From an uncultured Saprospiraceae bacterium (GTDB taxonomy: Bacteria; Bacteroidota; Bacteroidia; Chitinophagales; Saprospiraceae): a DNA stretch of 64,000 bases. Positions within the stretch are counted from its first letter, which is position 1, and each line of letters opens with the position of its first letter. The position numbers and the translations under genes are program-made. Positions 46,938 through 55,905 of the stretch are shown here, one piece after another. The DNA is taken from positions 1,058 through 65,057 of the forward strand of contig CALLLR010000008.1 in assembly GCA_938008185.1 (NCBI GenBank), written 5' to 3'. Under the pieces are notes generated by a model, which saw only the letters and a list, made by a program, of their open reading frames with translations, did no database searches and was not told where the DNA came from.

Positions 46938-48752
46938 CTAAAAAGGATAATCTTCTTTATCAATTACCACTTCCGCAATCATTCTACGAGCCTTCTTTAC
47001 ATTAACCGGAGGATACTTCGTAAAACGCTTCAGTCCTAATAACATCGTTTTCAGCAAATCACCTTCCGCAAAAGATACCAATGCGTCCGTCGCGTTTTTA
47101 TGAATTCTCGCGGTCGCATCTGTCATAAATACTTTGAGCATTGCTTCGTAAATTTCCATTGGGAATTTTGTCTCCGTTTTTTCAGAAAGCTTCTCTACTC
47201 GTAATAAGGTGGATTCTGCCACCAGCAAATCAATCATCATATCCGCTACATTCATCAAAATTTCCTGCTCTTCCTTTAAATTGATTTTACCATCCATCTG
47301 CATCTTAGCCGCAGCTCCAGCTACCATTAGAATCACTTTCTTAAAGTCCCCTACCGCTTTTTTCTCTTCGCCGTACACTCCCTCTGGCTTGGCCATCGAA
47401 GGCATAGACGTTAATTCTTTTTGTACCGCCCAGGCTGGCCCGACGATATCCAGCTTACCTTTCATAGCACGCTTTAACAACATGTCTACCGTCAACAGGC
47501 GATTGATCTCATTGGTCCCTTCGTAGATTCTGGCAATCCGTGAATCCCGGTACGCACGCGCGGCGGTCCCTTCTTCGCTAAAACCCATTCCGCCGTGAAT
47601 CTGTAAGGTTTCATCCACAATATAATCGAGTGCTTCGGAACCTGCTACTTTCAGTATCGCACATTCGATCGCGTATTCTTCCGCCGCTTGTAATTTGGCT
47701 TCTGCAAAATCCAACCCGCTTTCCATTAGTTCTGTTTTCTTATCCTGCATCAAATCAGATACCCGATATAAAGCAGATTCTGTGGTAAAAATCTTGATCG
47801 CTTCTTCGGCCAACTTATACTTAATGGCACCGAAGTTTGCGATCGGCACCTTAAATTGAATTCGCTCTTTAGCATAAGACACGGCAGAACGTAAACTTTC
47901 TTTGGCTCCTCCTAACGACAATGCACATAGTTTAAATCGACCATTATTAAGCGAATTAAAAGCGATCAGGTGACCTTTGCCAATTTCTCCCAGAATACTA
48001 TCTGCGGGTACTTTCATGTTTTCAAAAAACACCTGACGAGTAGAAGAACCGTTGATTCCCAACTTCTTTTCTTCGGCTCCAAGTACGAGTCCTTCCGTTC
48101 CTTTTTCTACCAAAAATCCGGTAAATTTATTACCGTCGATTTGCGCAAATACGATAAACAGATCCGCAAATCCGGCATTAGAAATCCACATCTTCTGCCC
48201 GTTGATAATATAATGCTGACCGTCATCGGTCAAATCCGCACGGGTCTTGGCCGAGAGAGCATCTGATCCGGAACTCGGCTCCGTCAAACAGTAGGCCCCG
48301 ACGATTGAACCATCACACATTCCTGGTAAATATTTTTGCTTCTGTTCCTCATTACCAAAATACAAAACAGGCAGCATACCTATTCCAGTGTGCGCCGCAT
48401 ATGTGGTATTAAAAGAAGCTGCCGGGCCCATCGTATCACAAATCAAGGTATTGGTGTTGGTATCCAACTCCATTCCACCGTAGGCCTCCGAAATATGTGT
48501 ACCCAGTAAGCCCAAACCACCCATCTTGCGGAGCATGGTATCTGCTAACTCATATTGCTTCTTTTCCAGCTCATCTAAATTTGGCTTAACTTCTTTATTC
48601 AGAAAATCCAAAACCATATTACGAATCATTAGCTGCTCCTCGTCAAAATCCTCGGGGATAAAAATATCCTTTGCCTCAGTATCCTTGATTAAAAATTCTC
48701 CTCCCTGGAGTGGCTGTAAATCCGTGCTGCTTATTTCGGGATTCTTTGTCAT
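46938..48752 (-). CDS. Acyl-CoA dehydrogenase (long, about 600-aa FadE/VLCAD-like type)
   Basis: Conserved ACAD motifs (GAYCLTEPSSGSDA, QIHGGMGFSEE, YEGTNEI) plus a C-terminal extension domain. Confidence 0.9.
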   Translation of the reverse strand: MTKNPEISSTDLQPLQGGEFLIKDTEAKDIFIPEDFDEEQLMIRNMVLDFLNKEVKPNLDELEKKQYELADTMLRKMGGLGLLGTHISEAYGGMELDTNTNTLICDTMGPAASFNTTYAAHTGIGMLPVLYFGNEEQKQKYLPGMCDGSIVGAYCLTEPSSGSDALSAKTRADLTDDGQHYIINGQKMWISNAGFADLFIVFAQIDGNKFTGFLVEKGTEGLVLGAEEKKLGINGSSTRQVFFENMKVPADSILGEIGKGHLIAFNSLNNGRFKLCALSLGGAKESLRSAVSYAKERIQFKVPIANFGAIKYKLAEEAIKIFTTESALYRVSDLMQDKKTELMESGLDFAEAKLQAAEEYAIECAILKVAGSEALDYIVDETLQIHGGMGFSEEGTAARAYRDSRIARIYEGTNEINRLLTVDMLLKRAMKGKLDIVGPAWAVQKELTSMPSMAKPEGVYGEEKKAVGDFKKVILMVAGAAAKMQMDGKINLKEEQEILMNVADMMIDLLVAESTLLRVEKLSEKTETKFPMEIYEAMLKVFMTDATARIHKNATDALVSFAEGDLLKTMLLGLKRFTKYPPVNVKKARRMIAEVVIDKEDYPF

Positions 48753-48796
48753 GATAAATTATTTTATTATTATTTGAAGTAGATTTTTATAAAAAA

Positions 48797-48810
48797 TAGC
48801 GAATTTTCGC
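48797..48810. promoter_or_regulatory. Palindromic operator-like site, copy 1 (tagcgaattttcgc)
   Basis: Half-sites gcgaa/ttcgc. Identical 14-mer to 48859-48872. Lies 45 nt upstream of the acyl-CoA dehydrogenase start. Confidence 0.4.
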
Positions 48811-48858
48811 TCAAATATAAGTGATATTTAAATAAAAATGCAAAAAAGACGCCATTAT

Positions 48859-48872
48859 TAGCGAATTTTCGC
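48859..48872. promoter_or_regulatory. Palindromic operator-like site, copy 2 (tagcgaattttcgc)
   Basis: Identical 14-mer, 62 bp from copy 1. Confidence 0.4.
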
Positions 48873-49253
48873 AAAAAAAATACTTTTTAATGATGGAAGC
48901 GCCAAATCGATTGGTAAAATGGAAATTTTTAATTGATATTTATTACAGGCGACCAATCAACTCTATTACAAATTTGGCTCCAATCATAAATGACAATTGA
49001 CCTTATAAAATTTCAATGAAAATGGTTAAATGAAAACTAACAATTCTTGATTAAACATTCTCAATCAATATGTTTTGTTTCCTAATAAATATTCATATAT
49101 TGCATGATAACTACTTTAACAATATATTTTACCAATAACCCCAATTTCACTAAATAATAAAAATTTATAAAAAGGAATGTTAGTGATTCTATGGGAGAAT
49201 CCACAATAACAAAAATACTCGAGCAATATTGTAGTGCGAGTTGACTCCTAATT

Positions 49254-50909
49254 TTGTGGGCACGGTTTCTTTATGAAAATTTATATCATGAAAAAATTAT
49301 TCTGTTCTGTTCTGTTCTGTTGATTGGTTGTCAAAAAAACCTTGATGTTGATTTACCCCTTGATAGCCTTTCCAAAGACACTACCGCTACACAAAGAGAT
49401 GGTGATAACAATCTGTATTCTAAGGAATATATTTTAGAATATCTTGAAGCTAATGAACCAATAGATTGGGAAGTAGAGAGAGACCCCAAACTACTCTACA
49501 GTATTAGTATGTACACTGATTCAATTTTAATGTTTATTTATAAACCTGACAAAGTTCTCAACATAGAAGATGAAATTTCTAGTGCTGATATCTCGGATAA
49601 TGACTGGCTTAATGTAAAAAATAGAATTCATAACGAGATTGAGGAATTGGATTCACATTTTGAAAATCTAACAGTTGATTATGAAACTCCCGTACCTTTT
49701 TCAGTAATTAAAAGTCAAAAATTTAAAGTATTTGAAAAATTATGCTCGGATAATAGTGTTCATTCTTTAGAAGTCTCATCTGATTTATTTATGATGTTAG
49801 TAAAATTTCCTAAGGAAGAAATAAATAGACTTGGATGCAGTTGTGATGAACCTTCCGAACCTTCTACATTAGATTATAGTATGTTAACTCCAGACGTAAA
49901 GGTACCTTGGAATTACGAAGAAAATGGAATTACTACATCTACATGGCAGTTATCTACTGGTTCAGGTATTGGTGTAGCAGTCATTGACTCTGGCGTTTCC
50001 TTCGCACAAGAAAACCTGGATGAAAATCAGTTTTTTAACTCTGGAGAATCTATTGGTAGAAGTGAGCAGAGGATTAATTTCTTACCAGCTAGGATCATAC
50101 CGTTTTCAGTTATAGGTATTGGCGGAATTATTACAACCGATTGGCGTGAAATTTTCGTTGAAGACACTCCACCTTCTGATGATTGTGGTCATGGCACTAG
50201 GATGGCAGGTATTATTGCTGCTCCAAGAGGAAGTGATGGAAATTCTGTCGGTATAGCGTATAATTGTGACCTCTATAACTTTAGAGCAGTGCACAATCCG
50301 ATTATTCTGACAACGCTTGAAAAAGCTGCAGTTGCAGCGGCACTATTTCAGGCTTCTTCAACATTTAATATAAAAGTTATAAGTATGTCTATTGCTCAAC
50401 CTTTTGGTGCAAGCGAAGCTATAACAATAGGTTTAGCTAATGCCTATAGCTCAGGTAAAATGATTGTATCTGCAGCAGGAAGTAGTTTTGCTGATATATT
50501 GGGCCAGCAAAGTATTGTTCTATTCCCTGCGAACGACTGGAGAACAGTAGCCGTAACGGGTATTAGAAATACTTCTTCAAACGGTCCCTTAACAGAAGAC
50601 GCAGTACAATGTACTATTTGTCACTACGGTCATAATGTTCAATTCGCAGTTATTCTGCAGGATGAGGAAGATGACGACAGGACTTCTTTGACTGTAACGT
50701 GTGATTATGATATACCAACAAACACCACAGCAAGTTCTTGTGCCATTGCCACGGTATCAGGTATTGCAGCGTTAATTTGGTCAAAAGAAGGTGGAAGTGC
50801 TTCAAGAGAAGTGATACTAAACAAAATGCGAGAAGCTTCTAGCAATCCAATAGGAGACGATCCAAATTTTGGCTATGGATGGATAAATACAGCCGAAGCA
50901 TTACAATAA
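49254..50909 (+). CDS. S8 (subtilisin-like) serine peptidase, lipoprotein; start codon ambiguous
   Basis: Asp in VAVIDSGV, His in DDCGHGTRMAG, Ser in TTASSCAIATVSG. Lipobox LLIGC. The in-frame start is only a TTG at 49254, and the ATGs at 49273 and 49288 are out of frame in the present repeat state. Confidence 0.7.
   Translation: MWARFLYENLYHEKIILFCSVLLIGCQKNLDVDLPLDSLSKDTTATQRDGDNNLYSKEYILEYLEANEPIDWEVERDPKLLYSISMYTDSILMFIYKPDKVLNIEDEISSADISDNDWLNVKNRIHNEIEELDSHFENLTVDYETPVPFSVIKSQKFKVFEKLCSDNSVHSLEVSSDLFMMLVKFPKEEINRLGCSCDEPSEPSTLDYSMLTPDVKVPWNYEENGITTSTWQLSTGSGIGVAVIDSGVSFAQENLDENQFFNSGESIGRSEQRINFLPARIIPFSVIGIGGIITTDWREIFVEDTPPSDDCGHGTRMAGIIAAPRGSDGNSVGIAYNCDLYNFRAVHNPIILTTLEKAAVAAALFQASSTFNIKVISMSIAQPFGASEAITIGLANAYSSGKMIVSAAGSSFADILGQQSIVLFPANDWRTVAVTGIRNTSSNGPLTEDAVQCTICHYGHNVQFAVILQDEEDDDRTSLTVTCDYDIPTNTTASSCAIATVSGIAALIWSKEGGSASREVILNKMREASSNPIGDDPNFGYGWINTAEALQ
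49300..49321 (+). repeat. Pentanucleotide simple-sequence repeat (TTCTG)x4 plus a partial unit
   Basis: ttctg ttctg ttctg ttctg tt, inside the signal-peptide coding region of the S8 peptidase. Confidence 0.95.
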
Positions 50910-50920
50910 ATTAATGTATC

Positions 50921-51331
50921 ATGAATGCTATTTTCAAGGCTTTACCTGTTGTTTCTCTTATTTTATACAGCTTTGCACTGCTTATCTCTCTAGTGTCTGA
51001 TCATCAAGCTAGCGTTTCTTATATCCCTTCTTCGGTAGTTGTGATTCCAATAATTCTCTTGTGCGTCTTTTTTGATTTAATCACAAAATCTTTTAGCAGA
51101 ACAATGGATGAGCCAATTATAAAAATATGCCTGCTTTTATGTTATTTTTTGAAGGTTCTGTTTTTGTTAGTCTTTTTATCAAATTCACTCAATATCATTA
51201 TTCCAAATATATTTATTAGTAAAAACCTTTCCGTCATCAGCAGTTTCACAAAATCAACGTTTACCTATTTTATTTCGACTAATTTATTGATGTTCGGAAC
51301 GTGGATCATCCTAAAATTTTCAAAGGACTAG
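50921..51331 (+). CDS. Small polytopic membrane protein (about 4 TM), unknown function
   Basis: 136 aa, hydrophobic, begins 11 nt after the S8 stop, and shares the same AT-rich composition. Confidence 0.5.
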   Translation: MNAIFKALPVVSLILYSFALLISLVSDHQASVSYIPSSVVVIPIILLCVFFDLITKSFSRTMDEPIIKICLLLCYFLKVLFLLVFLSNSLNIIIPNIFISKNLSVISSFTKSTFTYFISTNLLMFGTWIILKFSKD

Positions 51332-51346
51332 CAATTTATAAAAAAA

Positions 51347-51382
51347 GCCCGCAAACCATTCTAACCGAATCGCTTGCGGGCT
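51347..51382. terminator. Bidirectional intrinsic terminator
   Basis: agcccgcaa-(18 nt)-ttgcgggct, flanked by an A-run (51340-51346) and a T-run (51383-51392). It separates the convergent genes 50921..51331 and 51414..51896. Confidence 0.65.
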
Positions 51383-51413
51383 TTATTTTTTTGCAGTATT
51401 TTATAAAAATCTT

Positions 51414-51896
51414 TTACGCCAATTTGATCAGCAACGCTCCCTTTTCTACCGCCGCTCCCTTCTCCACCAAAATCTCTTCCACCACGCCATCCCCGGCAGA
51501 CTTAATGACGTTCTCCATTTTCATGGCTTCGAGGATGAGGAGGGGATCTCCTTTGGCGATTGTTTGACCCGCTTTGACGCTTATTTCCAGAACCAGACCG
51601 GGCATGGGTGCCTTGATCTCATTGACCTTTTGGGTGGTCACCACTTCCAGTCCTAACTCTCGCACCAGTTGATCGTATTCATCTTCTATTTTGAGATGAT
51701 AGGCTTGTCCATTCACGAGTAATTTGAGTTGTTTTTTGCCAGGATTCTGCTCCAGAATTTTTATCCGGTAGGATTCATTGTGATAAAGTAAATGGTAAGT
51801 ACCATCTGATTGCTGGATCATATCCAGGTCATTCAACTGTTCTTTTTCTATTTCAATGGTATTCTGGTCGTTGACCGTAATGGCATATTTTTTCAT
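51414..51896 (-). CDS. Biotin/lipoyl-attachment protein (biotin carboxyl carrier-like)
   Basis: C-terminal APMPGLVLEI...GDPLLILEAMKMEN biotinyl-lysine motif. Confidence 0.8.
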   Translation of the reverse strand: MKKYAITVNDQNTIEIEKEQLNDLDMIQQSDGTYHLLYHNESYRIKILEQNPGKKQLKLLVNGQAYHLKIEDEYDQLVRELGLEVVTTQKVNEIKAPMPGLVLEISVKAGQTIAKGDPLLILEAMKMENVIKSAGDGVVEEILVEKGAAVEKGALLIKLA

Positions 51897-51945
51897 AAAA
51901 GATATTTCTTAATGGTTGAGCTACTCAGGTCAGCGTACTAGTACT

Positions 51946-52359
51946 CTAGCGCTCACTGTTTTGTTGAGTAGGACGTTTGGGCCTCATTTTTCCCAGCAGG
52001 ATCATAAACCGTGTTTCAAAAATAGTAAAGAAAAGATAATTGATAAAAAATGGAATGATAAATAGTGCGTCGGGCGGTTTATTTATTTTTACGTATATAA
52101 AAACAAATCCCACCGATAACATCATCTTAAAAAATATAAACCCCATGGAAGCATTCGTAAAATCGTGCCGGTTGGGACTTTGAGCGGCCCTTAAACCATA
52201 AGCGAAAATGGCTTGGCTGAAGACGACAAAAAATAGCCAGCAGGACCACGAAAAAGGCGGTAAATGACTAAACTTATCAAACTGATGCAAGATAAATAAA
52301 ATCACCGCTACACCACCGGCAGCAATAACCAATTCTTTAAAAAAGTTAGATATAGTCAA
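51946..52359 (-). CDS. Four-TM membrane protein (ATP synthase protein I-like context)
   Basis: 137 aa, hydrophobic. Overlaps the upstream AtpZ-like gene by 4 nt. Confidence 0.5.
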   Translation of the reverse strand: MTISNFFKELVIAAGGVAVILFILHQFDKFSHLPPFSWSCWLFFVVFSQAIFAYGLRAAQSPNRHDFTNASMGFIFFKMMLSVGFVFIYVKINKPPDALFIIPFFINYLFFTIFETRFMILLGKMRPKRPTQQNSER

Positions 52360-52595
52360 GACTTGGGTTGGATAAGATCTTTTACAATCAGATATAATAC
52401 GGCGGATATTCCAATAACGGCTCCTATGATGGTAAAAAGCGGACGTTCATTACCATAATGAATATCTGCTTTTTGCCCTAAAAAGGCACCCACGCCTACG
52501 GTCACCGCCATCTGTGTAGCCATGCCCATATATTTCATGAAGGAAGCGCTGGTACTAGGCTTGGACTTCGCTGGCTTTTTTTCCTGCTTTGACAA
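52356..52595 (-). CDS. AtpZ/AtpI-family small membrane protein
   Basis: FMKYMGMATQMAVTVGVGAFLGQKAD...LFTIIGAVIGISAVLYLIV is typical of AtpZ. The start is proposed at TTG 52595 (MSKQEKKPAK...). The ORF-track start at 52694 would overlap bactofilin by 140 nt. Confidence 0.55.
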   Translation of the reverse strand: MSKQEKKPAKSKPSTSASFMKYMGMATQMAVTVGVGAFLGQKADIHYGNERPLFTIIGAVIGISAVLYLIVKDLIQPKS

Positions 52596-53031
52596 TATTA
52601 TTAGTGGATGGTTTGGAAGCTGATATTCCGTTATTGCTCGTAGACTGAACGCCCATTTTACAAGCAACGTTGAAAATCGCACCAGACTGTACAATTAATT
52701 TATTTGTTTTGATGTCACCGTTTACTTGTGCGGTTTCGCGTACGTTTAGCAATTCTGCTACCTGTAAGGTCCCTTCAAAGCGGCCTTCAATCACGGCGTT
52801 TTCGCAGATTACATCTCCATCTACCAGACCGTGTGGTCCTATAATTACCTTGGCTTTACAGTCTAAAGACCCCTTGACGGTTCCATCAATACGGATATCA
52901 CTCTCGCATCTGATCGTTCCTTCTACGGTGGTTCCTTTGACCAGCGTATTGAGTGAATGAGGGGATGCAGAAGGAATTATCCCTCCTTTTTTATTTGTAT
53001 TATTTACTTCTTTGTTTTTGCTACCAAACAT
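52555..53031 (-). CDS. Bactofilin (polymer-forming cytoskeletal protein)
   Basis: Beta-helical repeats VEGTIRCESDIRIDGTVKGSLDCKAKVIIGPHGLVDGDVICENAVIEGRFEGTL. Confidence 0.8.
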   Translation of the reverse strand: MFGSKNKEVNNTNKKGGIIPSASPHSLNTLVKGTTVEGTIRCESDIRIDGTVKGSLDCKAKVIIGPHGLVDGDVICENAVIEGRFEGTLQVAELLNVRETAQVNGDIKTNKLIVQSGAIFNVACKMGVQSTSNNGISASKPSTNNIVKAGKKASEVQA

Positions 53032-53295
53032 GGTTCCCTGATTTTTTTGTTATTAATAATACCTTCCAAACCAAAATGATTTGGTCGTTCCTCCGCGGGG
53101 AAGTGTTAAATATAGTGTATCAGTAGTTGTAAATGTAAAGTGTAGGTTGGTCTTGTATGCGCTAATCGTAAAATAGTCGTCATATTGAAGTATTATTCTA
53201 CTAAGGCGAAAATAGTATTTTTTTTTATATTTATTGGTATTTGAAAGAGAAAAAACACGAGTGGACCACGTACTATAAAATATCTCAAAATAAAA

Positions 53296-53329
53296 AGCCC
53301 CGGAAGTGGCGTTAACCAATTACGGGGCT
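53296..53329 (-). terminator. Intrinsic terminator of the porP/sprF-like gene
   Basis: agccccg-(20 nt)-cggggct. On the minus strand the stem is followed by ttttatttt. Confidence 0.6.
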
Positions 53330-53353
53330 TTTTAGGCTTTTTATTTTTGAATC

Positions 53354-54406
53354 CTAGAAATTAGGACAGTAAACATTTCTTTTTTCGTTTCCACAAATCT
53401 TGTAAACCATAGAAAATTCAAATGCTCCCTGTGAATCACTCGCTGCTCTCAGGCTCGAAACGTTGACATCATAACTGAAACCAAAAGCGAAATCATTATA
53501 ATCAAATTTAGTAGAAAGAATCAAGGCATCTGCCGTTACGCTCTCTTGAAAGTGATTAGAAATACGCATCCACGCTCCAACTTGGAAAGCCTGGTAATTG
53601 GTACGGGAATTACCCAGTAAAAACTTCAAACTTGTACCCGTATTTAACTGAAACGAAGGTCCCTGGAAAAAGGTCACAACACCCGGTACGAGACCTAATT
53701 TGCTGGTCATCAAAAACTCACCACCGGCGTGTATCGTAAACTTACTATATAAAGCTTCGAATTCCTGATTGTTGAAGGACTGATCGGCCCGGTTTAAGTG
53801 ATGATAAGCACCGCCTACGTAAAAGTTGCTATTGTCATCTAACACCGTAAACCAAAGTAATCCGGCAGAAATATCCGCAAAGATCAAGTTGTCGTCACCA
53901 AAAACCTCCCCGGAAGCCATATCTGGATCAAAGACACCTCCTGATTGCTGATTACCCCAGCGCAGGTTTTGAAATTGCACGCTACGTTGCGTCACTCCAA
54001 TATCAGCACCAAAAACTAAATAGTGTGCCTTGGAACGGTAACCGCCCATTTTCTTACTGTAAGAGGCGGATAGTTTTCCCTGTAAAGTGGAGAATTCAGA
54101 CTCTCCCGCCTTGTCGCCCCAAAAAGAACCTCCAATACCGAAAAAATCGTATCGCCCAACGGCAATGCGCTGGTCGTAAGAAGCAGAGTAAGTCTTAAAA
54201 GCATTTTGCTTTAAAACGCTGGACCATTGATTACGGTAATTAGCCACTAGTCTCACGTTACAATTCATTACCCCGGTTAAGGCGGGATTAAGATTGAGCG
54301 GAGAAAGATAAAACTGGGAAAAGTGAATGTCCTGCGCTTTCAGGCTGGTACTGCCTAATACCAGAAACGCAAAAAGAAATAAAATTTGTGTCGATAATCT
54401 TTTCAT
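53354..54406 (-). CDS. Type IX secretion system membrane protein, PorP/SprF family
   Basis: AQDIHFSQFYLSPLNLNPALTG...ANYRNQWSSV is the canonical PorP/SprF N-terminal signature. Beta-barrel-like remainder. Confidence 0.9.
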   Translation of the reverse strand: MKRLSTQILFLFAFLVLGSTSLKAQDIHFSQFYLSPLNLNPALTGVMNCNVRLVANYRNQWSSVLKQNAFKTYSASYDQRIAVGRYDFFGIGGSFWGDKAGESEFSTLQGKLSASYSKKMGGYRSKAHYLVFGADIGVTQRSVQFQNLRWGNQQSGGVFDPDMASGEVFGDDNLIFADISAGLLWFTVLDDNSNFYVGGAYHHLNRADQSFNNQEFEALYSKFTIHAGGEFLMTSKLGLVPGVVTFFQGPSFQLNTGTSLKFLLGNSRTNYQAFQVGAWMRISNHFQESVTADALILSTKFDYNDFAFGFSYDVNVSSLRAASDSQGAFEFSMVYKICGNEKRNVYCPNF

Positions 54407-54780
54407 GTCAACTATTGATTAAAATGAATAATAGATACTTACTTGTCCAGTCTAAACTGAACAGCATCATTGGGAAAAATAGACACGGAACGTAAGTAAA
54501 TACTTGTGATATTGGGGAGGGATTGCTAAAAATACTGCCTTCTACCATCACGAAAAGTAAAAATACTGAATTTCCCGATATATTATAATATTATTTCCCT
54601 AATAAGACAAAAAATAGGGTTTTACCCCAAATTTTAACAATTCCTTATCATTTCAGGAAAAACAATTTCGCTAAAGTATTCATGGATAGGTTGTCAACAG
54701 AGGTGTATTCCGGGATCAAGGGCAAAATCACTTGCGATCCTTGTTCTGCCGGAATAAGTCTAACGTGTTAGGTTTTATTA

Positions 54781-55905
54781 TTATTTCAATAACTCCGGAA
54801 AATTATCCTCTTCTATCTTTTCTATTGTTGGGGGTTCTTTAATCCAGCTGGCTCCATATTGCTCAATAAGCACATTATCCAGATCATCTGCTGTTTTGAA
54901 TAAATGCTCAAATAATCTGCTTCCGGTATCTATGTTTAGATAACGATCGTAGATTAACAGGGATAGTACAACCGCGTTGCCTTTGATACTGAGTGTCAGG
55001 CCTTCTAGCTGGTAATTTTGCCGTAGCAAAAACTGATATAGGGGGGATAAATCTTGTGCAGGCAGGTGACACAGGTACGAATCTCCAATTATTAAGCCAG
55101 ACTTTTCGTAGTAAGAAATATTTATGTGGGCACTTCCTTTTACAATATCCCAGTTATTCATACCACGTCGAGCCAGTTTTGCGGCGTAACCTAACCTACC
55201 TAGTAGCTGTTCAATGGTTAAAGCCATACCGATCGGTTGGTATGGTTTTATGGCGGAGGCCAACTGTATCGCATTATTACAGCCCGGACAACGGTGAGAT
55301 TCGATGGAAGCTTCTGATACCAATAATTCACAATTTCCACAGAGTACCGCCACGGACATTTTACTGTTTTTAAATTCTCTGATTTGCTGACTCAGTCTAC
55401 CGACGGGAAGGGTAAATCCAGTGAATTCATCTCTATTTACCAGAAAGGTATTGACACCGATTACTTTTCCAGCTTCGTTGACCAACGGTCCTCCACTGAA
55501 TCCAGGACTTAGCATCGCGGTATGATGGATAAAAGGAATACCGTAGCTGACCTTTTCCAGTGCGCTAATATTACCAGCCTGAACTACATAGTCTGCTCCG
55601 TAAGGATGACCGACGGCGTAGACAATATCTTCGAGCATTGGTGGTACTTCTTTTTCCAATGATAAAGTCGTTCCTTCAAATCCTTCCGGTATGGCCAGAA
55701 AAGCCAGATCGTATTTTTCATCCAGATAGACCACCGGAACGATTTGCTGCCGAAAGTTAAAACCATAAACAACTACTTCGCGGTTGTCACGCACCACGTG
55801 CTCGTTGGTGACAATCAATCCTTCCGCTCCCAAAACAAAGCCGGTCCCCGTACTGTGCGGGGTAGCAATCTGAACAATTCCGTTTTTCAATAATGACTTT
55901 CTCAT
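54781..55905 (-). CDS. Trypsin-like (S1/S1C-type) serine protease fused to a zinc-ribbon and a YbjN-like C-terminal domain
   Basis: GTGFVLG...TNEHVV, DLAFL and GFSGGPLVN form the catalytic triad context. CGNC...CPGC ribbon. The C-terminus LLRQNYQLEGLTLSIKGNAVVLSLLIYDRYL...ADDLDNVL is YbjN-like. Confidence 0.7.
   Translation of the reverse strand: MRKSLLKNGIVQIATPHSTGTGFVLGAEGLIVTNEHVVRDNREVVVYGFNFRQQIVPVVYLDEKYDLAFLAIPEGFEGTTLSLEKEVPPMLEDIVYAVGHPYGADYVVQAGNISALEKVSYGIPFIHHTAMLSPGFSGGPLVNEAGKVIGVNTFLVNRDEFTGFTLPVGRLSQQIREFKNSKMSVAVLCGNCELLVSEASIESHRCPGCNNAIQLASAIKPYQPIGMALTIEQLLGRLGYAAKLARRGMNNWDIVKGSAHINISYYEKSGLIIGDSYLCHLPAQDLSPLYQFLLRQNYQLEGLTLSIKGNAVVLSLLIYDRYLNIDTGSRLFEHLFKTADDLDNVLIEQYGASWIKEPPTIEKIEEDNFPELLK

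Noticed and set aside
48893-49244. Short ATG ORFs (5-22 codons) in the AT-rich region upstream of the S8 peptidase, examined as possible RiPP precursor peptides
   Set aside because: None has a leader-core-like architecture, Cys/Ser/Thr-rich core or repeat structure. In AT-rich DNA such ORFs are expected by chance.
53053-53319. 88-aa Tyr/Thr-rich minus-strand ORF between the bactofilin and porP/sprF genes
   Set aside because: Its start codon lies inside the porP terminator hairpin (53296-53329). The composition is AT-driven and there is no recognisable domain. It is probably promoter or leader DNA of the bactofilin operon, though I cannot exclude a small protein.
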